This document shows positions 18,079-28,900 of a DNA stretch of 64,000 nt, in pieces. Position 1 is the first letter of the stretch, and every line of letters starts with the position of its first letter. The notes beneath the pieces were generated by a model. That model was given only the letters and a program-made list of their open reading frames with translations, was not told the DNA's origin and did no database searches. The stretch is from Capsulimonadaceae bacterium. GTDB lineage: Bacteria > Armatimonadota > Armatimonadia > Armatimonadales > Capsulimonadaceae. The stretch spans positions 3,680,001 to 3,744,000 of the forward strand of contig OZ244065.1 of the NCBI GenBank assembly GCA_965215505.1, written 5' to 3'. The translations under genes and the position numbers were made by a program.

Positions 18079-18627
18079 TCACGGTTTCTGTGCGGAGCGG
18101 ATGATCTCATAAACCGCCCTCGCCTCGGCGATCCTCTCGAAACTCGGCGCGGAACGTGACCCCGGCCAAGACCCACTGCCGCCCCAGGCCGGGAAGGGAT
18201 TGGACGGGCCAAAAGTGATCGTGCCTGTTCCTGCCGCCTGCTGGTCGAGTGACATCTCGGAGAGCGTCCGCAAAGGCAGCGACTTCACACCCGTGGACGG
18301 CCAGCGGGTGACGATCAGGATACGCTCCGTCGTGACCCCGTAATGCGTGTCGGCGCGCTGACGTGCCTCGAAGAAGAAGCGCCCGACCGTGATGTACAGG
18401 CCGACGAGGACGAAGGGAATCCCCCACAGCTTGAAGAAAAACGGTGCCCCCGTGGCGATGACGCTCGCCTCCCAGAAGACGGCGAAGCCGCCCCAGAGGA
18501 GACTGAACGGGATCAGGAGGGCATCGGACGGCCTCAGAAAAACACCCTGGCGCGGCTGACCGGACCACAGCAGGGACTCGCCCGGAGCCAGCTCGTTTTG
18601 CAGCACGGTGGAGGAGTCGTTGAACAT
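18079..18627 (-). CDS. Membrane protein with a bacterial PH-like domain
   Basis: LAPGESLLWSGQP, two TM helices, YGVTTERILI, GTGTITF. Confidence 0.8.
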   Translation of the reverse strand: MFNDSSTVLQNELAPGESLLWSGQPRQGVFLRPSDALLIPFSLLWGGFAVFWEASVIATGAPFFFKLWGIPFVLVGLYITVGRFFFEARQRADTHYGVTTERILIVTRWPSTGVKSLPLRTLSEMSLDQQAAGTGTITFGPSNPFPAWGGSGSWPGSRSAPSFERIAEARAVYEIIRSAQKP

Positions 18628-18636
18628 GAATGATGC

Positions 18637-19077
18637 TTACCCACGCTCCAGGCTGCAATCCTCGATCTTGATGCCGGGGATGGACTCGAAGTGCCTTGCG
18701 TTGCAGGTCACGAGCGTGAAACCGTTCGTCATCGCAATCGCCGCGATGCGGCAGTCGCGGGTTCCGGGCCGCCTCTGAGCAGCAGACCAGCTACGGAACA
18801 AGCTGTCGGTTTCCTCGGTGTAGGGCAAGATCCGGAACACAGCCGGGTCTTCGATTGTCTTGATCAGAAACTGGTAGGCCGCGATGAACCTGGGGGCATC
18901 CCTAGGAATCGCCGCGTTCAGACCCGCGATGACCTTCAGCCGACCTTTAAGCTGCTCCTCTGCCACGATAACGGGCAGCCAGATGACCGACGGGGGCACG
19001 GAAAGGACATTGGCCCTGATCGCCGGCTTGCTCCCACTGAAGTGATGGGTCGTCGTGTCCGTGTCCAAGACATACAC
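18637..19077 (-). CDS. vapC: PIN-domain toxin (VapC family)
   Basis: YVLDTD, EE, DCRIAAIA, LVTCNARHFESIPGIKIED. Confidence 0.9.
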   Translation of the reverse strand: MYVLDTDTTTHHFSGSKPAIRANVLSVPPSVIWLPVIVAEEQLKGRLKVIAGLNAAIPRDAPRFIAAYQFLIKTIEDPAVFRILPYTEETDSLFRSWSAAQRRPGTRDCRIAAIAMTNGFTLVTCNARHFESIPGIKIEDCSLERG

Positions 19078-19080
19078 AGG

Positions 19081-19236
19081 CTAATCGGCCGCTTCTGTCT
19101 CTCCGTCCAGTGCGCGCCGCGACGCTTCCAGTGCCAGCAGGAACTCTTCCCAGTTGGGATCATCGGCGTAGCTGCCTGCGATGCGGGCGAGTGGGTTGAC
19201 CCCTTCTGCACCGGGCGGGGGCGTTTGGATCGTCAT
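19081..19236 (-). CDS. Small acidic antitoxin (VapB-like)
   Basis: 51-aa ORF ending 3 nt before vapC; IAGSYADDPNWEEFL. Confidence 0.7.
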   Translation of the reverse strand: MTIQTPPPGAEGVNPLARIAGSYADDPNWEEFLLALEASRRALDGETEAAD

Positions 19237-19419
19237 GGTGCGCTCTGCCTCACGGGCGCGGGGGTATGTTTCGTCTTGCGATGCAATGTTGGTTTCATCG
19301 GGTTGTGCCCTCCGGTCGCTGATATCCGGCCATCCCTGGATTATACCACTGTTGCCGATCACCATCAAGAGGGCGAAACAAAGGGGGCGCGGCTTATCGC
19401 GCCCCCATGCGGTCACGAT

Positions 19420-20169
19420 TCAGGCCGTGAGGTGCGCGGCGAAGAAGGCAAGCGTCAGCGGCCAGGCCTGGGCGGCGGCTTCGGGGTTGTAGGACTCGCG
19501 GGCGTCGCAGAAGAAGCCGTGGTCGGCCTGCGAGAACACGACCTGGGCGTAGGGCTTGTCGGCGGCCTTCAGGGCGTCCTCCACGGCGCGCACGATTTCC
19601 GAGCCTATGTGGCCGTCTTTGCCGCCCCAGAACAGCAGGATGGGCGCGTGCAGGCTGGGGGCATGGCCCAGCAGGTCGGGGAACATGGGCATGGGACTGC
19701 CGGTGATGCCGCCGCCGTAATAGGAGACGGAGGCCTGGAGGGGGAGGAGGGCATCGGCGAGGAAGGACGCGCGCCCGCCCATGCAGTAGCCGGTCGAGCC
19801 GACGGCGGACGCCGCGCCGCCCGCCTCGGACTTCAGCCAGTCGTAGGCGGCTTGGATGTCCGCGCCCTGGCCGGCATCGGTGAGGCCCTGCATGTGCGGC
19901 ATGACGGCGGGGAAGTCAGTGTAGGAGCCTTCGAAGTCGGGGCCGGTGCGGTGGAACAGGGCCGGGGCGATGGCGGTGTAGCCTTCGCGGGCGAACCGCT
20001 CGGTCAGGTCGCGGATGTGGGCGTTGACGCCGAACGCCTCCTGCAAGACGAGCAGGCCCGCCTTACCGCCTTGGGCGGGGCGGGCGACATAGGCGGGCAG
20101 GGTGGTCCCGTCGGAGACGGAAAGCTGAACGGTTTCGGTGTGGATCTCGGGCGATGTGGTGTCAGGCAT
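19420..20169 (-). CDS. Dienelactone hydrolase family protein
   Basis: QEAFGVN, GYCMGG nucleophile, ADHGFFCDAR. Confidence 0.93.
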   Translation of the reverse strand: MPDTTSPEIHTETVQLSVSDGTTLPAYVARPAQGGKAGLLVLQEAFGVNAHIRDLTERFAREGYTAIAPALFHRTGPDFEGSYTDFPAVMPHMQGLTDAGQGADIQAAYDWLKSEAGGAASAVGSTGYCMGGRASFLADALLPLQASVSYYGGGITGSPMPMFPDLLGHAPSLHAPILLFWGGKDGHIGSEIVRAVEDALKAADKPYAQVVFSQADHGFFCDARESYNPEAAAQAWPLTLAFFAAHLTA

Positions 20170-20232
20170 GGGGGTGTTTCTCCAAGGCAGAGTATTCTCG
20201 GAAAGGGTGGGTAGCGAAACATGAGAAGCACA

Positions 20233-20428
20233 GGCCGTGAATGGCCGGGCTACTGTTGAGTGGAAACCGCTGCACGGTTGAAGATTGAGGATTGAAGACG
20301 GGGCCGCGTAGGGGCGCCGCTTTCCGCGCCCTCTTCTCTTGCCGCGCCCTCCTTCTCCGCCCTTCCCTGGCTTGTCCTCAGTCGCGGAGCGACTTTCACT
20401 CATGAGTAGGCCGGCCACTCATGGCCGG
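20233..20428. repeat. Composite REPIN/MITE-like element (inverted relative of 50499-50665)
   Basis: Terminal GGCCATTCATGGCC-type hairpins, inner hairpins and a nested GTAGGGGCG REP. Confidence 0.75.
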
Positions 20429-21471
20429 TGCGTTATTCGGAATCGGCGACAGGTACACAACCGAAGCGGGGAAGTCAATCAGCAGGGAGTACCCCTTGAA
20501 CACGTCTATGCCCAGGCTGTTGTCCCCTTTCCTCTGTTTGGGCGGCTCCAACGAATAAGACACCGGCTGGTTCGACAGTTTGAGATCGCCCACGGTCATT
20601 GTGGGAACGGTCGTATCATAGCAGACCGTCCGGCGGCTGAATGCGATGCGTGTCCCCTCATGGGAAGGCTGTAAGCGTAGGGACTTCTCCACACTCGCCG
20701 GGAGGTATGTTGTATCGCAGCCGGTGTCAAACACCAAGCGCGCGGTGTCCGTTCTCCCGCCGCTGGAAAGCCGACCTTGCAGAAATATATTCCGTCGTCC
20801 TTATCCTGAGAGAGTGGGAGGCGGGCGGCGGCAGGCCCGAACCCCGCCGCCGCCCGGCGAGCGGGAGTTATTTTGCCGGTGGGATAGACCTTCATGACAT
20901 GCCGCCCTGGGAAGATTGCCATCGCCGTGTCGGAAAGAGCGTTGAGGCCCAGGATGCCGTCAACGTCCAGGTTTATCTGGTCCAGGTCTACCTGGCTCGT
21001 CTTGAAGACGCCGCACTCCACACCCTTCAGCCCGTACCCGCCGACTATAACATCCCTCATCCTTTGGCCGAGATAGGTCAGGTTTCCGATCTTGTGGCCA
21101 CGGTAGACGATATTTCCCAGCGCGTGGCCGCCGAACCGGATACTCTCCACTGTGACCGTGCGGACACGGACCCCGTTGATATTGCACCACCCGGCATGGG
21201 TCGAAGATGTCAAGGGATTGGCTTTGATCTTCGCGGCGAACCGCTCGGTGATGAGACAAGTGTTCGTCCCCGTGTCCAGCAGGAAGCGGGCGTGGACGAC
21301 ATGATTGATGACCACCGGAACGATGATGAAGCCGCGTTCACCCGTCGTGATCGGGACCCGGATCGGGTTTTCCTGGGGCGGTATCTGGCTCAGTGCTTCG
21401 CGGCAGAGGCCGCCGCACAGGACGGCGAACAGGAGAGCAAGAGGCCATCGCGCCGTCATGGTTAGTCTCAT
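20396..21471 (-). pseudogene. Secreted two-domain retropepsin-like aspartyl protease, frameshifted near 20767 (possible sequencing error)
   Basis: FLLDTG...DGILG in one frame and VFDTG...SLGID in another; one extra T in GGCTTTCC gives GFSSGGRTDTARLVFDTG. Confidence 0.75.
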
Positions 21472-21575
21472 CAGGACCGCACCCAGGAACGCCTGGTCGT
21501 GTCATGTCCGGCTTGCCGCCGTGCCTTGTTTTTTATCATGTTCATGGACACACCGGCCTTTCAAGGCCGGTGCTT

Positions 21576-24275
21576 CTAGGGCGCATGAGACAAGTCCACG
21601 TCATCGAGGTAGAAGACGGTCTTCACCGTGGCGTTGCTGATGAACCCGATCCAGGTCAGGGCGTCGAAGTCCGGGTTGATGTTCGCCAGGCCGTCGAACC
21701 GGCGCGGGGGTTGTCCGGGTAGGGTGACGAGGAGGTCCCATTTGCCTGCCGCGCCCTTGCCGATGGCCGCGCGGATGTGGTAGCGGACCCAGACGCCGCT
21801 GGGGATCGCCATCAGGGGGTCGCTCCCGTGGAACAGCTCGCCGCCCTTGATCGTGAACTCCGGGCCGGTCTTGTACGGCTGACCGCGCCAGTCGCGCCAC
21901 TCGTGGATGATCTCCGCGCCAGGTTCGGCGCGCAGGGCGAAGTCCAAAGTCGTCACTCCTGCCGTGTGGTTGATGGGGAAGACGAGGTGCGGGTCCCAGC
22001 GGTTCGCAAGGCCCGGCGCGTCGGTGAACTTGAGGCTGTGCCCCGAACCGGGCGCGGCGGCCTCGCCGGTGACGCGGATCGAAGCGCCGCCGCCTTCGCC
22101 GTTGGTCTGGGCGTCGGGGCAGGCCGCGCCGACGGCCAGGGCCTCGAAGTCCTGGTGGAACGTGACCGGCGGGGCGGGCGGCGGGTCTGGGGCGCGGACG
22201 AGGGGCGGGTAGGCGTAGCCCTGGGCCAGATGCAGCCAGGCCGCGTCGCCGTAGACGCCCGCGCGGGCCGGGTCGAAGGGCTGGAAGCCGATCCGGGAGG
22301 CGGGCGAGCCGGGCTTCAGCGCGCCGGGTTTGAAGGCGAAGTCGCGCCTCTGCGGGGCGACGAAGCCGGGGTCGGCGACGAGCGAGCCGCCGTCCTTGCC
22401 GCTCGCCTGCCACTGAGCCAGCGACTTGCCTTCAAACGTCACGGGCGACTTCGCCAGGTCCCAATACAGGTTGTGGTCCAAAGTGGTGTTGGGCTGCCAC
22501 GACCCGAGCAGCAGCGGCCCGCCGTCCCACAGGACGATGTTGCGGCGGAACGTGAAGGCGGGCCGTTCCTCGACCCGCGTGCGCTGGAGCTGGCCGTTCA
22601 GGCTGAAGGCGAGGATGTTGTTCTGGATCAGGTTGTTCTGGCCGTAGTGCTGGTGGTACATGCCGGTCTGGACATCGTAGACCAGGTTGTTCTCCAGAAC
22701 GATGTCGCTGCTGCCCTCGTCGTTGTACAGCCCCCAGCCGCCCGGCCCGCCCTTGTTGTACGAGTAGACGTCGTGGATGACGTTGCCGCTGACGGTCGTT
22801 CCGGTCGAAGTGCCCAAGGTGTAGACGCCGCCCATGTCGCTCAGGACGCCCTGCCCGATGTGGTGGATGCGGTTGAAGTCGATGTGGTTGCGCTGTGCCA
22901 GGCTCGGCCCGTAGCCCCACGTCCAGCCCACGGAGACGCCAGTATAGTAGGTGTCGCTGATGTCGTTGTGCGTGACCCGGTTGCCCGCGCTCTGCCCGAT
23001 CCAGACGCCGATGGCGCCGGGGAAGAGGCGCCCGTCGGCGCGGATGATGGTGTCATCCACGACGTTCAGGCTCGTCCGGTCCGGCCCTTCCGGGAGGATG
23101 TCGCCCTCGCCGATCCGCACCCCGCCCGCGCCCAGGTCGTGCAGGTAGCAGTGTTCCACGCGGCAGCCTTCGCACCCGCGCCGGAACCAGACGCCGTACA
23201 GGCCGGTGTGCGCGATCTCGCAGTCTTTCAGCGAGACGCGGGCCGCCTCGTCGGCCTGGAAGACGGCGGGGATGCTGTAGGCGGCCTGGCCGTCGCCCTG
23301 CCCCGCGTCCGGCAGGGCATAGCCGCCGTACTGGAAGGTCAGGCCCCGAAACATCAGGTCCGTGACCTTGCGCGCCGATGTCCCCTCCACGCGCACGAAC
23401 TGTTCGGCGACGGGTGCGATCACCGACGCCGTCCGCATGTCCTCGCCGGGCAGGGGCGTGTAGGAGAGCGTGCCGTCGCGGCCCAGGAACCACTCGCCGG
23501 GCCGGCCCAGGGCGGCCCGGTAGTTTTCCAGTCGGTAACGCTGGGCGGGGTTCCAGTCCATGAAGGGCCAGACGGACGTGCCGGTCAGGGTGAGGAGGCC
23601 CGTCTTCGCGTCCACGGCGGCGGCCCGCAGCCGCGACACCTCCCAGGAATGGTAGACGGTGACGGTGACGTCGTGCAGCTCGGCGGGCGTCAGGCCGAGC
23701 AGCGGCTTGATGTCCTCGGGCCGGGCGAGGAAGGCCCGGCGGGACAGGTCCGCCCCGGCCTTGCCGCGCGTGTAGAGGTAGGCTTGGGCGGGGGTGCCCG
23801 CGCGGGCCGCGCGGCGTCCGTTCACCCAGAGCTGTTCGAAGTACCACTTGCCCGCCGCGACATCGGGAATCCTTACGGTCCACAGGCCGCCCGGATTGCG
23901 CCTGAACCCGGTCACTGCGCGGCCCGCGCTGAAGACAGGGTGTGCGTTCGGGGCGGCTCCATAGATGACCGGGCCGCCGGGCGTCCCGCCGTCGTCGGGC
24001 GTCAGGACGAGCGGGGTGGGGAGGCTGTAAGCGCCGCCCGCGACGACGACATGGACCGGCCCGCGCCCGCCGCCGGTCGCGCGGAGGCGGCGCAGGGCGT
24101 CCCGCGCGCCCGCGAGCGAGGCCAGCGGTCCGTCGGAGTGCGCGGGATTGGGCCGGGCCGACAGGCCCGACCAGGCATCGCTGCCGCCGGGCGCGACGTG
24201 GAGCGTTTCGGCACGGGCGTTGGCGCCGGCGAGGGTGAGGAGCAGCGCGAGCAGGAGGGAGGGCAGACGGGACAT
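21576..24275 (-). CDS. Secreted right-handed parallel beta-helix protein (GH141-like) with a C-terminal beta-sandwich
   Basis: Signal peptide; [51 protein letters not shown]. Confidence 0.85.
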   Translation of the reverse strand: MSRLPSLLLALLLTLAGANARAETLHVAPGGSDAWSGLSARPNPAHSDGPLASLAGARDALRRLRATGGGRGPVHVVVAGGAYSLPTPLVLTPDDGGTPGGPVIYGAAPNAHPVFSAGRAVTGFRRNPGGLWTVRIPDVAAGKWYFEQLWVNGRRAARAGTPAQAYLYTRGKAGADLSRRAFLARPEDIKPLLGLTPAELHDVTVTVYHSWEVSRLRAAAVDAKTGLLTLTGTSVWPFMDWNPAQRYRLENYRAALGRPGEWFLGRDGTLSYTPLPGEDMRTASVIAPVAEQFVRVEGTSARKVTDLMFRGLTFQYGGYALPDAGQGDGQAAYSIPAVFQADEAARVSLKDCEIAHTGLYGVWFRRGCEGCRVEHCYLHDLGAGGVRIGEGDILPEGPDRTSLNVVDDTIIRADGRLFPGAIGVWIGQSAGNRVTHNDISDTYYTGVSVGWTWGYGPSLAQRNHIDFNRIHHIGQGVLSDMGGVYTLGTSTGTTVSGNVIHDVYSYNKGGPGGWGLYNDEGSSDIVLENNLVYDVQTGMYHQHYGQNNLIQNNILAFSLNGQLQRTRVEERPAFTFRRNIVLWDGGPLLLGSWQPNTTLDHNLYWDLAKSPVTFEGKSLAQWQASGKDGGSLVADPGFVAPQRRDFAFKPGALKPGSPASRIGFQPFDPARAGVYGDAAWLHLAQGYAYPPLVRAPDPPPAPPVTFHQDFEALAVGAACPDAQTNGEGGGASIRVTGEAAAPGSGHSLKFTDAPGLANRWDPHLVFPINHTAGVTTLDFALRAEPGAEIIHEWRDWRGQPYKTGPEFTIKGGELFHGSDPLMAIPSGVWVRYHIRAAIGKGAAGKWDLLVTLPGQPPRRFDGLANINPDFDALTWIGFISNATVKTVFYLDDVDLSHAP

Positions 24276-24384
24276 GGGAACCTCCTGCCTCGGCGGCGGT
24301 GGGGAAACAAGGGGATAAGGAGGGGAAAGGGGGCACGCGGATTGCGGAAGGGCGCACACGGGGGTGCGCCCCTACGAGTGCGCG

Positions 24385-25758
24385 TTACGCCGTGTGCGCG
24401 TTCCCATCACCCAGCGACGCGCGCCGGACGTGGCCTAGGTGGGGCAGGACGCGGCCCCAGTGGCGGGTGTCCCAGCGGCCCGAGTGCCAGTGTGGGGAGT
24501 GCTGGCCCCAGGACTTCGCGACCCGCTGCGGCACGGCGGCGGCGCGCTTCGCCAGCGTCTTTTCGAACGGCGTGAACACCAGCAGGAGCAGGGCCCCGGC
24601 CATCATCGTCCGGCGGCGGCCCGCCCGCCCCATCCGCAGGGGCTGCATGACGGGCCGGTCTTCCGTTCCCCGGTCGCTCCCGCCCCCGTCTGCGGGCGTC
24701 GTGTGCGCCTTCAGGACCGCCCCAGCCGTTGCCGCCAGCCCCAGGCCGGGGCGGGAGACGAGGTAGCGCGCCTCCCAGTCGGTCGCGAACTTGGATTTAA
24801 ACGTGTGCAGGCCCTGGAAGTTGTAGACGCGGCCCAGCCGGGTGAACAGGAACCGGCGGACCTGGGAGACGGCCACGCCCTCGCCCGCCTCGCCCGCCCC
24901 GGCCAGCGGCGACAGGCCCAGGCTGACCAGGCCCGCGCCCTCCCCCCGGAACCTTTCGGCGGCGGAGATGATAAGGAAATCCATGACGCCGTGCAGGGCG
25001 TCCGGGCGGCGGCGCATCAGGTCCAGAGTCCAGCCGGCCTTGCCGCCTGCGCCGTAGGCGGGGACGAAGGTCGTGAACGCCAGCACCTTGCCGCTGCCGG
25101 TGTCGCGGGCGACGAAGTAGCGGCTCGACTCGAACAGGGCGCTGCCCGGCTCGAAGCCGCCCATCGCGAAGCTGCCTTCCCTCGCCCGGTGCGCCCGCCG
25201 CCAGCTTTCGGAGATCGCCTCCATGGCGGCGGTGACGTCGGCGGGGGGCGGGGCGTCCGGTCCGTAGACTTCTAAAGCGACACCCGCCTTCTCGATGCGC
25301 CGCAGGTCGTTCCGCAGGTTCTTGAACCGCTTGCCCGCCAGCGAGAAGTCGGCCAGGCCCATCTGGGCGTCCTCGCCGACCTTGACCGCCCGCAGGCCCG
25401 AGGCACGGTAGGCGTCCAGGTGCTTGGCCGTCACCTGATAAAAGGCGGGCCGCCACCCACGCTGTCTGCACAGGTCCAGGAAGCCGGCGATGGCGGCGGG
25501 GACCGCCTCAGCGTCGCCCAAAGGGTCCCCCAGGGCCAGCGCGTGGCGGCCCAGGACGCGGTAGGCGACGCCCCATTCCCGGTCCCCCGCCTCGCCGAAC
25601 AGGTAGCGCTTGTCGGGGAGCAGGGCGAAGAACAGCAGCGGGGCCGCGCCGAACCGCGCCAGCAGGCGGCGCGCGCGGGCGCGCGGGCTGCCGGTCGTTT
25701 CCAAGGTCTTGTCCGAAATCGTTTCGGGCGTCATGTCCGTAATCATGTCCGTAATCAT
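24385..25758 (-). CDS. Stand-alone MprF-like aminoacyl-phosphatidylglycerol synthase domain (DUF2156)
   Basis: ALGDPLG, KVGEDA, WTLDLMRRRPDA, SLGLSPL, YNFQGLHTFKSKF..WEARYL; start uncertain. Confidence 0.85.
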   Translation of the reverse strand: MITDMITDMTPETISDKTLETTGSPRARARRLLARFGAAPLLFFALLPDKRYLFGEAGDREWGVAYRVLGRHALALGDPLGDAEAVPAAIAGFLDLCRQRGWRPAFYQVTAKHLDAYRASGLRAVKVGEDAQMGLADFSLAGKRFKNLRNDLRRIEKAGVALEVYGPDAPPPADVTAAMEAISESWRRAHRAREGSFAMGGFEPGSALFESSRYFVARDTGSGKVLAFTTFVPAYGAGGKAGWTLDLMRRRPDALHGVMDFLIISAAERFRGEGAGLVSLGLSPLAGAGEAGEGVAVSQVRRFLFTRLGRVYNFQGLHTFKSKFATDWEARYLVSRPGLGLAATAGAVLKAHTTPADGGGSDRGTEDRPVMQPLRMGRAGRRRTMMAGALLLLVFTPFEKTLAKRAAAVPQRVAKSWGQHSPHWHSGRWDTRHWGRVLPHLGHVRRASLGDGNAHTA

Positions 25759-25934
25759 GTCCAGGCTCCTGTGTGCCGGGCTACTATTGAGCAAGCTAAT
25801 CATCGTTGATTACTCAGTATAACACACATTGAAGGAGTTCGCAAACCGGGGGGTCTATAAACCCGACCATGCCATTCATGGCATGGTCGGGTGTGCAATC
25901 GCCCTAGCCTATAGGGGAAACCCGGAGACCCGCC

Positions 25935-28900
25935 ATGAAACACGCCCGCGCCCTGCTCTGCCTTGCTGCCCTCTGCCTCCTCGCCGCCTGCCTTGCCCTT
26001 TTGGCCGCACCCATCGACGCCCAGCCGGCCGCCCGGTTCACCGTCTCGCCGCTGGAGACGCGCGTGCTGGGGCAGAACACCTGGCAACGCGGCGGCCCTG
26101 CGGCCCTGCGCGTCATCGTGCTTGACCACCGGACGGGGCGGCCCGTCCCGGCCCAGGTCCGGCTGACCCTGGCCGGGCCGAAGGCATCCGCCTACCCCCT
26201 GTGGGCGGGCCGGACGGACGCGGCGGGGACCGTGGACGCCGCGTTCAAAGCGCCCAGGGTCAGGCCCGGCGCGTACACACTGCGCGTTCAGGTGGACGCG
26301 GCGGTCGGGGAAGACGTCGTGACGCAGCCGCTCACACTGGCCGAGTCGGTGCGGACCCTGCTGTCCTCCGACAAGCCGGTGTACCAGCCGGGGCAGACGA
26401 TCTACCTGCGCGCGCTGGCTTTGGACACGGCGACCCGGTCGCCATTGGCGGGGCAGCCGCTGACATTTGAAGTGGAAGACGCGCGGGGCAACAAGGTCTT
26501 CAAGAGGCGCGTGGCTCTGTCGCGCTACGGCATAGCCTCTGCGGACTTCGACCTGGCCGACGAGGTCAACCAGGGGGATTTCACCCTGCGCGCGGTCCTG
26601 GCGTCCGGGCAGGCCGAAAAGACGGTGCGGGTGGAGCGGTACGTCCTGCCCAAGTTCAAAGCCTCCGTGACGACCGACAAGCCGTACTATCTGCCCGGCG
26701 AAACCGTGCATGGGACACTGGACGCGCACTACTTCTTCGGCAAGCCGGTGGCGGACGCCTCGGTGATCGTGACCATCAGCACCCTGGACATCGGCGTCTC
26801 CAGGCTGGGCGAGAGGGCGGGGAAGACCGACGCGGGCGGTAAGTACACGTTTGATTACACCCTGCCCACCTCGTTCGTCGGGCAGCCGTTCGCGCAGGGC
26901 AAGGCGGTCGTCGAGTTCGCGGCCTCGGTGAAGGACACCGCCGACCAGACGCAGGCGGCGCGCGCCTCGCTGCCGGTCGTCAAGGAGCCGATCGTTCTTG
27001 CCATCGTCCCGGAGCATCGCGGCGTGGTGCCGGGTGTCGAGAACCGCGTCTTCCTCGCCGCCGCAACGCCCGACGGCCAGCCGATCTCGGGGCTGTACCT
27101 GTTCGTCCACGAGCGGGCGACGATGACCGGGGCGTCCGACTTCTATCAGCCGACGAGACTGGTGACGGATGCTTTGGGGCTGGCGACGTTCTCCTTCGTC
27201 CCTCATTTCCACGACTCGACCGTGGTCGTGGAGGCCCAGAAAAGCCCCGATCCGCTCGCGTTCCCGCGCCCCACGGCGCACCTGGATTTGGAGGCCGCCG
27301 CGCCCGAGGAGGCCCTGATCCTGCGGGCGGACAAGCCGCTGGCGCGAGTCGGCGACACTTTGACCCTGGCGGCGGTGTCCAGCGTCAAGGGCGGCACCCT
27401 CTACCTGGACGTCATCCGCAACGGGCAGACCATCCTCACCCGCGCCGTAGACATGCCCGGCGGCTCGGCCAGCCTGACGCTGCCGGTGACGGATGACATG
27501 GTCGGCACGGTCGCGCTGCACGCTTACAAGATACTGCCGAACGAAGACATCATCAAAGACACGCGGACGGTCATCATCTCGCCCGCCGACGGCCTGACCG
27601 TCCGCGTGGCCGCCGACAAGCCTGAATACAAGCCGGGCGGCGATGCCACGTTACGGTTTTCTGTCACCAGCCCGTCAGGTGCCCCCGTGCAGGCCGCGTT
27701 AGGCTTGGCGATGGTGGACGAGAGCGTCTTCGCCCTGTCCGAGCTTCAGCCGGGACTGGAAAGAGTCTACTTCACACTAGAGAAAGAGCTGATGGAGCCG
27801 CGCTACGAGATTCACGGCCTGACGCCCTCCAGCCTCATGCTGGACGGCCGCACGGACGCACCGAGGCAGCGCGCGGCGGCCCTGCTGCTGGCCTCCGCCC
27901 CGGCCACGGACGGCTTCGACTGGCGCGTGAACACCTACCAGGTCAAGCTGGCGAAGGCGCAGGCGGCGGCGCGCGTAGAGATGCAGAAGGCCGCCGCGTT
28001 GGTCGTCGCCGCGCTGGTGAAGTACCGGAACCAGGAGAAAACGGCCCTGACGGCGCAGCAGTCGCTGACGTTCCTGGTCACGCGCGGGGACTTGGCGCGG
28101 GCCGCGCTCATTGACCCGTGGGGGCACTGGTACAACGTGAACCTGCACGGCAGCCGCGATTATGGCAGCTATTTCACCCTGAACAGCGCCGGTCCGGACG
28201 GCGTCTGGGGGACGGCTGACGACATCCTTGACGTGCCGGTCTATGCCCAGGGCGGGTTCCCCGGCGGCGGTGGGGGTGGCTTCCCCGGCGCGGGCGGCTT
28301 TGGGGGCGGTCGGTTCGGCGGCATGGCAGTTCCCGCGCCGAGGATGGTGGCGGCGGCCCCCATGCGTGCGGCAGGGAGGGCCACGCTGCCGAACGGGGTG
28401 GCACGGATATTCGCCTTGCAGAACAACAACTCGCTCTCGGTCGAACCCGCCGCGCCGTCCGCCGCGCCGCGCGTGCGTTCGTACTTCCCCGAGACGATGT
28501 ACTGGAACCCGTCCCTGCTGACCGACGACGCGGGCCACGCCGCCGTCCGCCTGCCGATGGCCGACTCGATCACGACCTGGCGGCTCTCCATGTTCGCCGG
28601 GGGCCTGGCCGGGCAGATGGGCAGCGCGACCGCGCCGGTCCGAGTCTTCCAGGACTTCTTCGTAGATTTAGACCTGCCGGTCGCCCTGACCCAGCACGAC
28701 AGCGTCGAGGTCCCCGTCACCGTCTACAACTATCTGCCCACGGCGCAGGACGTCACGCTGACACTCGCCCCGCAGCCCTGGTTCAGCCTGCGCGGGCCGC
28801 CCGTGCAGACGCTCTCCGTCGGGCCGGGCGAGGTCAAGGTCGTCTACTACCCGATTACCGTGGTGGCTTTAGGTCGCTTCGATTTCCTGGTGACGGCGCG

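Noticed and set aside
19420-20418. Long N-terminal extensions predicted for the dienelactone hydrolase, 48494 and 50510 ORFs
   Set aside because: They are translations of REP elements; internal ATGs are better starts
21777-24575. Long antisense ORFs (also 6066-7796, 14311-15888, 25800-27521, 41481-43496, 53123-55009, 62755-63984)
   Set aside because: Shadow frames of real high-GC genes with no recognisable motifs
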